DNA from: an uncultured Candidatus Saccharibacteria bacterium
GTDB lineage: Bacteria > Patescibacteriota > Minisyncoccia > Phycocordibacterales > UBA1006
Assembly: GCA_964507625.1 (NCBI GenBank)
Contig: CAZDPR010000005.1
Location: 1-48,869, forward strand
Direction of reading: 5' to 3'
Length of the DNA: 48,869 bases
The position numbers and the translations under genes are program-made. The notes under the pieces are model-generated. The model saw only the letters and a program-made list of their open reading frames with translations, had not been told where the DNA came from and did not search any database. How positions within the stretch are numbered: position 1 is the stretch's first letter; every line of letters starts with the position of its first letter. Below are positions 28,775 to 37,258 of this stretch, piece after piece.

Positions 28775-29032
28775 ATGACTACTTTAAATGTAAGAATCGA
28801 TGAAAAATTAAAAAAACAAGCGAGTAAAACCCTGGAAGGGCTTGGTTTTGATATGTCTGGAGCTATTAAAGTTTTCCTGACACAGGTAGTGCAGGATCAG
28901 GCATTACCATTTCGTCCCATGAAAGATATAAAAAAAATTCGTGCACAATGGGATCGTGAGGTTAAACAAGCTATTAAGTCTGGAAAATCGTATCTATCGG
29001 CAAAAGAAATGCATGATGATATACTTGGATAG
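28775..29032 (+). CDS. dinJ: Type II antitoxin, RelB/DinJ family
   Basis: MTTLNVRIDEKLKKQASKTLEGLGFDMSGAIKVFLTQVVQDQALPF is the canonical RHH DinJ N-terminus. Its stop lies 2 nt before the toxin ATG. Confidence 0.85.
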   Translation: MTTLNVRIDEKLKKQASKTLEGLGFDMSGAIKVFLTQVVQDQALPFRPMKDIKKIRAQWDREVKQAIKSGKSYLSAKEMHDDILG

Positions 29033-29034
29033 AT

Positions 29035-29313
29035 ATGTATTTATTGTTTCCATCTACACAATATAAAAAGTCACTTAAAAAATTAGAACGCAGTGGAAAA
29101 ATTAATCGAAAGAAGCTCGATCAAGTTGTTGACTTACTTCAACAAGGGAAAAGTTTACCAAAAAATTATCGTGATCATGCACTACGGGGTGATTTAAAAG
29201 AATACCGCGAATGTCATATTCAAGGAGATTTATTACTTGTTTATAAAATAGAAAATGATCAGTTAATTTTAGTCTTGATTGATATTGGAAGTCACTCACA
29301 ATTATTTGGGTGA
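29035..29313 (+). CDS. yafQ: Type II toxin, YafQ/RelE-family mRNA interferase
   Basis: YKKSLKKLERSGK...YRDHALRGDLKEYRECHIQGDLLLVY...IGSHSQLFG matches YafQ, including the catalytic His residues. Confidence 0.88.
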   Translation: MYLLFPSTQYKKSLKKLERSGKINRKKLDQVVDLLQQGKSLPKNYRDHALRGDLKEYRECHIQGDLLLVYKIENDQLILVLIDIGSHSQLFG

Positions 29314-29357
29314 TTTTCTTTATTTTACATTTTCCTGTTCTCGTGTAATGTAGATGT

Positions 29358-30617
29358 ATGTCAAAATTTTCATTTATTATTACTAAAAAAATAGAAGGCA
29401 ACCTTGCGCGTGTTGGGGAAATTCATACACCAAACGGAATTATAAAAACTCCATCATTTGTGACCGTAGGAACCAAGGCTACGGTAAAAGCACTTACTCC
29501 AGAAATGATTCATGATCTGGGCGCACAGGTGGTACTCGCTAATACCTATCATCTGTATTTAGAACCAGGGGACGAAATTGTGGCGAAACACGGAGGATTC
29601 CCAAACATGATGCATTGGCAAGGGCCAACGATGACCGACAGTGGTGGGTTCCAAGTGTTTTCATTGGGTGCAGCAATGGGGAAAGGGGTAACCAAGGTTG
29701 CAACCACTGAACAAATCAATGCTTATAATGACCCCACCCCAACCCTCCCCTTATCAGGGGAGGAAGAAACCACAGAAGGGCTTGGGAAATTGGCTACTAT
29801 TGACGAAGACGGGGTAACCTTTAAGTCATACAAGGACGGATCATTGCATCGGTTTACTCCAGAACGATCAATGGAAATTCAATGGAATCTGGGTGCGGAT
29901 ATGATTTTTGCATTTGATGAATGTACCAGTCCGATGGATCCGTATGAGTATCAAAAACAAGCTATGGACCGCACGCACCGATGGGCAATGCGGAGTTTGT
30001 TGCGACATAACGAATTGGATCAAGAAAAAAAACAGGCATTGTTCGGGGTAGTGCAGGGCGGACGGTTTGAAGATTTACGCACAGAATCTGCACGGGTGCT
30101 CGCAGAAATGAAAACAGAACACGGTGATATGTTTGACGGATTTGGTATTGGTGGATCATTTACTAAAAATGATTTAGGTAAGACACTGCAAATCGTGAAT
30201 AGTATTTTACCGGAAAACAAACCACGGCATTTGTTGGGGATAGGGGAACCAATTGATTTTTTTTATGGGGTAGAAAACGGATGCGACACGTTTGATTGTG
30301 TTGCGCCGACTCGTATCGCGCGTAATGGTGCACTCTATACTCATCAAGGAAAAATTAATATTAAAAATGCGGTGCATCGTGAATCATTACTACCTATTGA
30401 GCAAGGTTGCACATGTTATACTTGTAAACACTACACCCGATCTTATTTGTCACACTTATTCCGATCAGAAGAAATGTTAGCAGGGACACTCGCATCAATT
30501 CACAACCTATATTTTATTAATAAACTGGTTGCTGATATTCGTGAATCACTCATGCATGATACGTATACAGAATTTAAGATAAATTTCCTCCAGTCATATT
30601 ATAAAAACACCGATTAA
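29358..30617 (+). CDS. tgt: tRNA-guanine (queuine) transglycosylase with an internal insertion
   Basis: ANTYHL, TDSGGFQVFSL, FAFDECT and the zinc site CTCYTCKHYTRSYLSHL. An extra segment of about 35-40 aa follows GGFQVFSL. Confidence 0.93.
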   Translation: MSKFSFIITKKIEGNLARVGEIHTPNGIIKTPSFVTVGTKATVKALTPEMIHDLGAQVVLANTYHLYLEPGDEIVAKHGGFPNMMHWQGPTMTDSGGFQVFSLGAAMGKGVTKVATTEQINAYNDPTPTLPLSGEEETTEGLGKLATIDEDGVTFKSYKDGSLHRFTPERSMEIQWNLGADMIFAFDECTSPMDPYEYQKQAMDRTHRWAMRSLLRHNELDQEKKQALFGVVQGGRFEDLRTESARVLAEMKTEHGDMFDGFGIGGSFTKNDLGKTLQIVNSILPENKPRHLLGIGEPIDFFYGVENGCDTFDCVAPTRIARNGALYTHQGKINIKNAVHRESLLPIEQGCTCYTCKHYTRSYLSHLFRSEEMLAGTLASIHNLYFINKLVADIRESLMHDTYTEFKINFLQSYYKNTD

Positions 30618-30631
30618 GTCGGTGTTTTTTA
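30603..30631 (+). terminator. tgt terminator (stop codon in the loop)
   Basis: acaccga-ttaag-tcggtgt followed by TTTTT. Confidence 0.75.
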
Positions 30632-30690
30632 CTTTTTTATAATTCTATGGTATGGTGCAGAAAATTGTAAACATTTAAAACTCAATAATT

Positions 30691-32529
30691 ATGTGTGGAA
30701 TTGCAGGAATTATCAATTCAGATCGTGCTGTTGATTTTTTATTAACAGCGCTCGATCAACTAGAAACTCGCGGGTATGACGGGTTTGGGGTCACTCTCCA
30801 GGGAAGTAGTGTATTGAAGGTTGGATATAAAGAAAAACCACTCCTCGATCAAAAAGTAAAAGAGAGTCAATTAACAGGAAAAACGGGGATTGCTCATAAT
30901 CGTTGGGCGACCCATGGGGTTGCAGATGAACGCAATGCTCACCCGCATCAATCAGGCTCAATTAAGGTGGTTCATAATGGCGACATTCCTAATTATCAAG
31001 AGCTCAAAAATGAACTCCAGGGTTTGGGGTATCACTTCAAGTCAGAGACAGATACAGAGGTTTTTGCTGTGTTAGTGAATCATTATTATGCTAAAGGGTT
31101 GAACTTTTTTGATTCGGTAAAACAGTCAATTATGCGACTTGATCCTACATCACGGTTTGCTTTTTTGGTTCTTAATGAAAACGAACCAGATACTATTATT
31201 GCTGCGTGTAGGGGGAGTAATCCTATTCTGTGGTCGTATGATCCAGAACGTCAAACCGTATATCTGGCTTCCCAAGCATCGGTATTTTCTGGATATGTAC
31301 AAACATATCAAGAGGTACCAGTAGGAAACATTTTTATGTTTAACTCTCTTGGATTGATTGAGCGGCATAATTTTTCAGGAGAAATTTCAGAAAAACTGAA
31401 AGAGTTTTTGATTACTGATCAGTTCATTTCCGAGAAAACAGGAAAGCATTGGATGTATCAAGAAATGCGATCAGTTTCTGAAACAATCAGAAACGCAATG
31501 GGTCGTCGTGCTACGATTGAAAACGGTATAATGTTAGGTGGTATTGAAAAATCTAATATTAAAAAACGACTCCGTTCGATCAATCGGTTTATTATTGCCG
31601 GATGTGGAACTTCGTATCATGCTGCGCAAATTATTGCAATGCAGATCGAAGAAATTGCCGGTATTCAATCACAAGCAATCATTGCGTCTGAATACATCTA
31701 TCGAACCACGGTTTTTGATCCAGAAACAACCGCATTGATCTGTATTTCTCAATCAGGAGAAACTGCTGATGTGATTCGATTAATGCAAGAATGGAAACCG
31801 CGAGAAGTGTTGATGTTGGGTATTGTAAATGTTCCTGATACACAAATCCCACGACTCACGGATGCTGGTATTTATTGCAATATTGGCCCAGAAATTGCTG
31901 TTGCTTCTACTAAAGCGTTTATCGGTCAGGTAGTATGTGGAACACTGTTTGCGTTATGGATGGGGCAGCAGCGAGGAATTTCTGTTTCTCGAAGAAATGA
32001 AATTATCCAAGCTTTGTTGAAACTTCCTAAACAAGCAGAAGAAGTATTTCAACAAGAACCGGCTATTAAAGAAATTGCAAAAACATTTGCAAGTGCAAAA
32101 AATTTCTTGTTTATTGGGAGAAAGTATCATGCAGTAATTGCCGCAGAAGGTGCATTAAAATTGAAAGAAATTTCTTACATTCACGCAGAAAGCTATCCCA
32201 GTGGGGAAATGAAACATGGGACAATTGCGTTGATTGATGAGTTTTTTCCAACTTTTGTGATTGCTCCGTATGATTCAGTGTATTCAGTCACGATGCATAA
32301 TGTTTCGGAAATTACTGCCAGAAAAGGGAGAACGGTTATTGTAACGACTTCCGATTCTGGTTTTCAGGAGTATGACGGTGATATTATTTTTGTTCCAAAA
32401 ACCTTAGAATTACTGAGTCCAATTTTGACTGTTATTCCAACGCAGTTATTTGCCTATTATGTTGCGACAATGTTGGGTTATGATCCAGACCAGCCGCGTA
32501 ATCTTGCAAAATCTGTTACTGTGGAATAA
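30691..32529 (+). CDS. glmS: Glutamine-fructose-6-phosphate aminotransferase
   Basis: MCGIAGI N-terminal nucleophile, two SIS domains and a C-terminal ...NLAKSVTVE. Confidence 0.96.
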   Translation: MCGIAGIINSDRAVDFLLTALDQLETRGYDGFGVTLQGSSVLKVGYKEKPLLDQKVKESQLTGKTGIAHNRWATHGVADERNAHPHQSGSIKVVHNGDIPNYQELKNELQGLGYHFKSETDTEVFAVLVNHYYAKGLNFFDSVKQSIMRLDPTSRFAFLVLNENEPDTIIAACRGSNPILWSYDPERQTVYLASQASVFSGYVQTYQEVPVGNIFMFNSLGLIERHNFSGEISEKLKEFLITDQFISEKTGKHWMYQEMRSVSETIRNAMGRRATIENGIMLGGIEKSNIKKRLRSINRFIIAGCGTSYHAAQIIAMQIEEIAGIQSQAIIASEYIYRTTVFDPETTALICISQSGETADVIRLMQEWKPREVLMLGIVNVPDTQIPRLTDAGIYCNIGPEIAVASTKAFIGQVVCGTLFALWMGQQRGISVSRRNEIIQALLKLPKQAEEVFQQEPAIKEIAKTFASAKNFLFIGRKYHAVIAAEGALKLKEISYIHAESYPSGEMKHGTIALIDEFFPTFVIAPYDSVYSVTMHNVSEITARKGRTVIVTTSDSGFQEYDGDIIFVPKTLELLSPILTVIPTQLFAYYVATMLGYDPDQPRNLAKSVTVE

Positions 32530-32531
32530 CA

Positions 32532-32566
32532 GTAAACCGCCCAGATATTCTGAGCGGTTTTTTTAT
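32532..32566. terminator. Terminator shared by glmS and the convergent LOG gene
   Basis: aaaccgcccag-atatt-ctgagcggttttttt. Confidence 0.7.
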
Positions 32567-33297
32567 CGGTCGCTTTCTGATCGTTCTGGAGCAGAAAGAA
32601 TAATTTTCATAATTTCATCTTCATCATCAGTAATCGTGTAGAGTTCTGGATCCTCTGGATCAATGAGTTCCCGATTCACTAATTGTTCACGAATAAAGGT
32701 GTCGAGCGGTCCCCAAAATTCTTTTCCAACTAAAATAAATGGTACTGGATCAATTTTATGAGTTTGTTTCAAGGTGAGACTTTCCATGAGTTCGTCGAGT
32801 GTTCCATATCCACCAGGGAAAAAGAGAAACACGCGTGCACCATACCGCATAGCTGTTTTACGAGTAAAGAAAAAGTAAAAAGGGATTTCATTGGTTACAT
32901 ATACACTGGTAACTTGTTCCATAGGGAGTTTAATGGTCATTCCTACTGATTCTACATTTGCATTTTTTGCGCCACGATTGGCTGCTTCCATAATTCCTGG
33001 TCCACCACCCGTAATCGTAATAAACCCAGCGCGTCCAGCGCGTTCAGATACACGAACGGCTTTTTGGTAATAGGGGTCAGATTCTGGAGTTCGCGCAGAA
33101 CCAAACACGGTAATTGATTTTGGGAGTGCACGCACTGCATCAATTGCTTGACGGAGTTCTTCGTTGATAACGCAAATTTCTGATTCGGTATTATTTGGAC
33201 CGTGTAATGAAATACAGCCATTACGTATATCATCGAGGGTCATTTTTTTAGGACGGAAATGACGACCATTTCCGTTAGATTTTTCTAGGTCTTCCAT
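32563..33297 (-). CDS. LOG-family protein (TIGR00730-type nucleotide phosphoribohydrolase, also called lysine decarboxylase-like)
   Basis: VFGSAR, TGGGPGIMEAANRGA and the PGGYGTLDEL (PGGxGTxxE) motif. TGcTACAAT ends 9 nt before the ATG. Confidence 0.85.
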   Translation of the reverse strand: MEDLEKSNGNGRHFRPKKMTLDDIRNGCISLHGPNNTESEICVINEELRQAIDAVRALPKSITVFGSARTPESDPYYQKAVRVSERAGRAGFITITGGGPGIMEAANRGAKNANVESVGMTIKLPMEQVTSVYVTNEIPFYFFFTRKTAMRYGARVFLFFPGGYGTLDELMESLTLKQTHKIDPVPFILVGKEFWGPLDTFIREQLVNRELIDPEDPELYTITDDEDEIMKIILSAPERSESDR

Positions 33298-33323
33298 ATG
33301 GTGTACATTGTAGCATACTTTTA

Positions 33324-33361
33324 TAAAAAAACAGACTTTACATCGCGTGGATGAAAGTCTG
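33324..33361 (-). terminator. Second of two tandem minus-strand terminators
   Basis: Minus strand: cagacttt-14 nt loop-aaagtctg followed by T7. Confidence 0.6.
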
Positions 33362-33413
33362 CTTGTGAGTGCAGAAGCACCTTACAGCCATTAGTATAAA
33401 TATAACATAGATA

Positions 33414-33444
33414 TAAAAAACAACCACAGTCTCGATGTGGTTGT
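33414..33444 (-). terminator. Terminator of the YtxH-like gene
   Basis: Minus strand: acaaccaca-tcgagac-tgtggttgt followed by T6. Confidence 0.75.
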
Positions 33445-33448
33445 TGTA

Positions 33449-33826
33449 TTATTTGGCAACTTTTTTTGCAGCAGTTTTTGGTTTTGGAGTAAGTTCTGAC
33501 TTAATATCTTTCCAGTGCTTTTTGATGTCTTTTGCAAATTTTTCAATATCTGCCGGATCAATATCTTTTATTTTTGATCCATATTTTGCAGAAATTTCAT
33601 CAACGACAGCATGAAAAGTTTCTTGACTTACTTCTTTTGCTTTTTCAAGTTTCTCCAAAATATCAGCTTTTGCACGTAATGTCCAAGCTTTAATAGCTTT
33701 ACGATTTTTCGCACCATTTTTTCCATAAAGAAAATATGCTCCAGCAAGACTTGCAACGGCCAGTCCTGCAAGACCTAAAGCTACTTTTGTTCCGGTGTTA
33801 CTTGAGGTTGTTTTTTTCTGTACCAT
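33449..33826 (-). CDS. YtxH-like membrane-anchored stress protein
   Basis: TM helix followed by YGKNGAKNRK and a Lys/Glu-rich helical region. Confidence 0.5.
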   Translation of the reverse strand: MVQKKTTSSNTGTKVALGLAGLAVASLAGAYFLYGKNGAKNRKAIKAWTLRAKADILEKLEKAKEVSQETFHAVVDEISAKYGSKIKDIDPADIEKFAKDIKKHWKDIKSELTPKPKTAAKKVAK

Positions 33827-33896
33827 ACGATAATTATTTATTGCTAATAAAATGTGGCATTCAGGCTACTGATACCAGATATAGTATATCACGAGT

Positions 33897-33921
33897 AAAA
33901 ATAAAAACACCAATTATGGTG
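33897..33921 (-). terminator. Terminator of the 33925..34128 gene
   Basis: Minus strand: cacca-taat-tggtg followed by tttttattttt. Confidence 0.55.
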
Positions 33922-33924
33922 ATT

Positions 33925-34128
33925 TTATTCGATAATGGTGTGGATTTTTGTGCGGACTTTTTTAAGGATTGATTTTATTTGATCGGTTTCGTCAGAAAAA
34001 AATCGGGTCATATGTTCAATTTTTGTAAGAATTGACCATATTTTAATACCAATAAATAAAATTACGGCAATCAGGGCAAATGACACCATTCCGAGAATAA
34101 CCAAAAGAATAATTGTTGTAGTTTCCAT
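33925..34128 (-). CDS. Small membrane protein, DUF948-like (67 aa)
   Basis: N-terminal TM helix plus a helical tail. Adjacent to the YtxH-like gene, as in Firmicutes. Confidence 0.45.
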   Translation of the reverse strand: METTTIILLVILGMVSFALIAVILFIGIKIWSILTKIEHMTRFFSDETDQIKSILKKVRTKIHTIIE

Positions 34129-34244
34129 AGTATGAGTATACCTTTATTTTTTTTCCACGTCTATTCATAAATAGTATAATAAACTAGACAAAAACCCTTT
34201 TTTCCTGTATTGTGTCTTGGTATTATTTAACTTATTTGATTCTT

Positions 34245-36059
34245 ATGGATATTCGAAACATTGCAATTATTGCGCACGTAGACCACGGAAAAACAACACT
34301 TACCGATCAAATGTTGGAACAGTGTGGTATGCGAGAAGAAGGTTTTTCAATGGATAATAACTCTATTGAACAGGAACGAGGAATTACGATTTATGCAAAA
34401 AACACTTCTGTTTTTTACACGTCAAAAGTTTCTGGGAAAACTACCAAAATTAATATTATGGATACACCGGGACACGCTGATTTTGGATCTGAAGTAGAAC
34501 GCGTACTCCGATCAATTGATTCAGTGTTATTGGTAGTAGATGCACAAGAAGGCCCAATGCCACAAACTCGATTTGTTTTAAAAAAATCACTCGAACTTGG
34601 ACTCAAGCCAATTTTAGTACTTAACAAAATTGATAAACCAGGTGCTGATGTAGTGCGCGCCCATGATGAAGTGTTTGAACTATTCATGGAACTTGGTGCC
34701 ACTGATGAACAATTAGATTTTACGACCGTATATGCAATCGGTCGTGATGGGGTTGCAAAAACAAATATGGATGACACATTTGTAAATCTTGATCCATTAT
34801 TTGAAACTATTTTAGAAAAAGTTCCAGCTGCGCCAAACGATATTACAAAGCCATTTCGTATGCAGGTGTTTAACTTGGCGTATGATAATTTTTTGGGTCG
34901 TATGGCAGTTGGACGCGTATATGAAGGGGTAGTTAAAAATGGACAGTCCGTAACCGTTAAAAAGCCAGATGGAACAGCTCGACCAGGGAAAATTGTAAAA
35001 TTATTTTCATTCGAAGGAATTCAGAAAAAAGATGTAGCAGAAGCTATTGCAGGGGACATTGTTATGATTGCAGGTATTGCTGATATTTTCATCGGAGAAA
35101 CAATTGCAACTGATGCAAACGCAGAACCGCTTCCAGCAATTACGATCGATGAACCAACAATCGTGCTTGATTTTTTGGTAAACAATTCACCATTTGCAGG
35201 ACGAGAAGGAAAGTTTGTAACCACACGACAGATTCGTGATCGGTTAGAAAAAGAACTCGAAGTCAATGTTGGGTTACGAGTGGATTTTGCTCCAGATTCT
35301 GGGCGTGCAATTGAAGGGTTCAAGGTGTATGGACGAGGAGAAATGCATATTGCAGTGTTACTAGAAACCATGCGTCGTGAAGGTTATGAAGTGCAAGTTT
35401 CTCAGCCTCAAGTAATTTTTAAAGAAGTAGATGGTGTACAACATGAACCGTTCGAAGAAGTTACTGTGGATATTCCGAGTGAATACCAGGGATTAGTAAT
35501 TGAAAAATTGGGAATGCGGGGGTTTGTAATGAAAGATATGAAAATGTCTGAAGCAACTGTTCGTATGGTGTTTGAAGGTCCAACACGAGGAATTTTCGGA
35601 TATCGAGGTCAGTTTATGGTTGATACCAAAGGTCAAGGAATTATGGCTGCACGATTTATTGAATTCCGTCCACATGCTGGATCGATTCAAAAACGATTAG
35701 CAGGATCAATGACGAGTATGGAAAACGGAAAAGCGCTTGCCTTTGCATTGGGCAATCTCCAGGAACGAGGCGTGCTTTATATCGGACCACAAACTGAAGT
35801 ATATGAAGGAATGGTAATTGGAAATACTGCTAAAGGGGATGAAATGGTAGTAAATCCATGTAAAGGAAAACAGTTAACCAATATGCGTGCATCAGGAACT
35901 GATGATGCGATCGTACTCATTCCACCATTAGAAATTACGATTGAACGCGGATTAGAACTCATGAACGAGGACGAATATTTGGAAATCACTCCAAAATCTA
36001 CTCGATTGCGAAAACAAATTTTAAATGAATCTATTCGAGCTCGAGCTCGTAAAGGGTAG
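34245..36059 (+). CDS. typA: Translational GTPase TypA/BipA
   Basis: MDIRNIAIIAHVDHGKTTLTD, DTPGHADF and NKID motifs. The family start is at ATG 34245; the track start is an upstream extension. Confidence 0.95.
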   Translation: MDIRNIAIIAHVDHGKTTLTDQMLEQCGMREEGFSMDNNSIEQERGITIYAKNTSVFYTSKVSGKTTKINIMDTPGHADFGSEVERVLRSIDSVLLVVDAQEGPMPQTRFVLKKSLELGLKPILVLNKIDKPGADVVRAHDEVFELFMELGATDEQLDFTTVYAIGRDGVAKTNMDDTFVNLDPLFETILEKVPAAPNDITKPFRMQVFNLAYDNFLGRMAVGRVYEGVVKNGQSVTVKKPDGTARPGKIVKLFSFEGIQKKDVAEAIAGDIVMIAGIADIFIGETIATDANAEPLPAITIDEPTIVLDFLVNNSPFAGREGKFVTTRQIRDRLEKELEVNVGLRVDFAPDSGRAIEGFKVYGRGEMHIAVLLETMRREGYEVQVSQPQVIFKEVDGVQHEPFEEVTVDIPSEYQGLVIEKLGMRGFVMKDMKMSEATVRMVFEGPTRGIFGYRGQFMVDTKGQGIMAARFIEFRPHAGSIQKRLAGSMTSMENGKALAFALGNLQERGVLYIGPQTEVYEGMVIGNTAKGDEMVVNPCKGKQLTNMRASGTDDAIVLIPPLEITIERGLELMNEDEYLEITPKSTRLRKQILNESIRARARKG

Positions 36060-36067
36060 AAGAGTCT

Positions 36068-36097
36068 AAAAAACACCTTGTAAATAGGTGTTTTTTG
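36068..36097 (+). terminator. typA terminator
   Basis: aaaaaacacct-tgtaaat-aggtgtttttt. Confidence 0.75.
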
Positions 36098-36102
36098 ATA
36101 TA

Positions 36103-36130
36103 TTGACAATATTTCTATATATGATATAAT
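36103..36130 (+). promoter_or_regulatory. Near-consensus promoter TTGACA-N13-TGaTATAAT
   Basis: -35 at 36103-08 and extended -10 at 36122-30, upstream of the 36159 gene. Confidence 0.6.
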
Positions 36131-36158
36131 TATTTAGAACCTTTAAAACTTTTTAGAA

Positions 36159-36587
36159 ATGAAAAACAAAATCCTTCTTGCTCCGTACATGGTAGCATTC
36201 ACCGGTATTGTCATGGCAGTGCTCCAGTCGATTTTCAGTATTCCTAAAATGGAGTTGCCATCGACGATTATTTTTTGCGTCGGATTTATCTTAATTGGCG
36301 CCATGGTTTCCTTGATGGAAACTGGATCACCTTTTTGGAACCCAATCGTTTTTGCCGTTGGAGTTACTACGGCGTGCACTTTTTCTGGTGCGTTCTATGC
36401 AGCGGTATTTGCACCAGAATTTCAACCAGTAGAAGGCTGGTCACCTGATGAATTTCTCGGCGCTTACCGATACCATATGGAACAAATCATCTATCAAACA
36501 GCAAAAAAAATAATGTTGATCATCCTAACAATTCTTTTCTTACTGAGATTAATTCTCAGTTTAAAGGGGTTGCTATTAAAAGGTTAA
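36159..36587 (+). CDS. Hypothetical integral membrane protein (142 aa)
   Basis: Four predicted hydrophobic helices. No motif recognised. Confidence 0.55.
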   Translation: MKNKILLAPYMVAFTGIVMAVLQSIFSIPKMELPSTIIFCVGFILIGAMVSLMETGSPFWNPIVFAVGVTTACTFSGAFYAAVFAPEFQPVEGWSPDEFLGAYRYHMEQIIYQTAKKIMLIILTILFLLRLILSLKGLLLKG

Positions 36588-36606
36588 CTCCCTGAGTAGT
36601 ATACCT

Positions 36607-36635
36607 ACACCTCGCAATTGTGGGGTGTTTTTTTG
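36607..36635 (+). terminator. Terminator of the 36159 gene
   Basis: acacctc-loop-ggggtgt followed by T7. Confidence 0.65.
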
Positions 36636-36638
36636 TAA

Positions 36639-36661
36639 TAAAAAAGCCTAATCAATAGGCT
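36639..36661 (-). terminator. Terminator of the 36662..37210 gene
   Basis: Minus strand: agcct-attgatt-aggct followed by T6. Confidence 0.65.
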
Positions 36662-37210
36662 TTATGTTTTATCATATTTTAATCTGCAAATTTGTGTCAT
36701 AAGTTCAGCTCCATGATACAGAGGCATTTTTTGTGAGGTATGTTTTAAGATATGATTCATTCTACTAATACCTGTGTACCTTGAATTAAAATATCCACGA
36801 TACTTTAAAATGTTTTCATGAATGGCATAAATAGTGTAGTAGGTATGACCTCTTTTTTTTGTGAGACATTCATCAAGTACAATCTGGTATTCAATTTCAC
36901 CTAGTCGATTTAATTTTCCAGCATTAATTGCTTTGACAAAATCTAGTTCGTCCAAGTCCATAAATGGAATATTATTGTTTTGAAAAATTTTAACATACAG
37001 ATCAGATTTTTGGTCTTCCGAAATTTCAATATCTGATCCAAATTTTTCAAAAATATCAAGTAATAAATCCACAGCTTGGCACTTGCTATAAATTTCACCA
37101 AACTTTTGCCATTGTTCTTGGTAGAGAAAATAAAGATTTATCTTCCCATTCCTCTCAGGTTCTATTTTATAGGGAGCAGGTGGTTTTTGAATAATTTTTA
37201 CTATTTCCAT
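36662..37210 (-). CDS. Hypothetical cytoplasmic protein (182 aa)
   Basis: Long ORF downstream of the metallophosphoesterase gene. No motif recognised. Confidence 0.55.
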   Translation of the reverse strand: MEIVKIIQKPPAPYKIEPERNGKINLYFLYQEQWQKFGEIYSKCQAVDLLLDIFEKFGSDIEISEDQKSDLYVKIFQNNNIPFMDLDELDFVKAINAGKLNRLGEIEYQIVLDECLTKKRGHTYYTIYAIHENILKYRGYFNSRYTGISRMNHILKHTSQKMPLYHGAELMTQICRLKYDKT

Positions 37211-37258
37211 GACGGTATTTTTTATTTTAAAATACCATAAAATTTTTTAAATAGCAAA

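Noticed and set aside
30618-30690. Possible glmS ribozyme upstream of glmS
   Set aside because: Only 73 nt are available, most of it the tgt terminator and AT-rich promoter sequence. There is no room for the ribozyme core and no resemblance to it.
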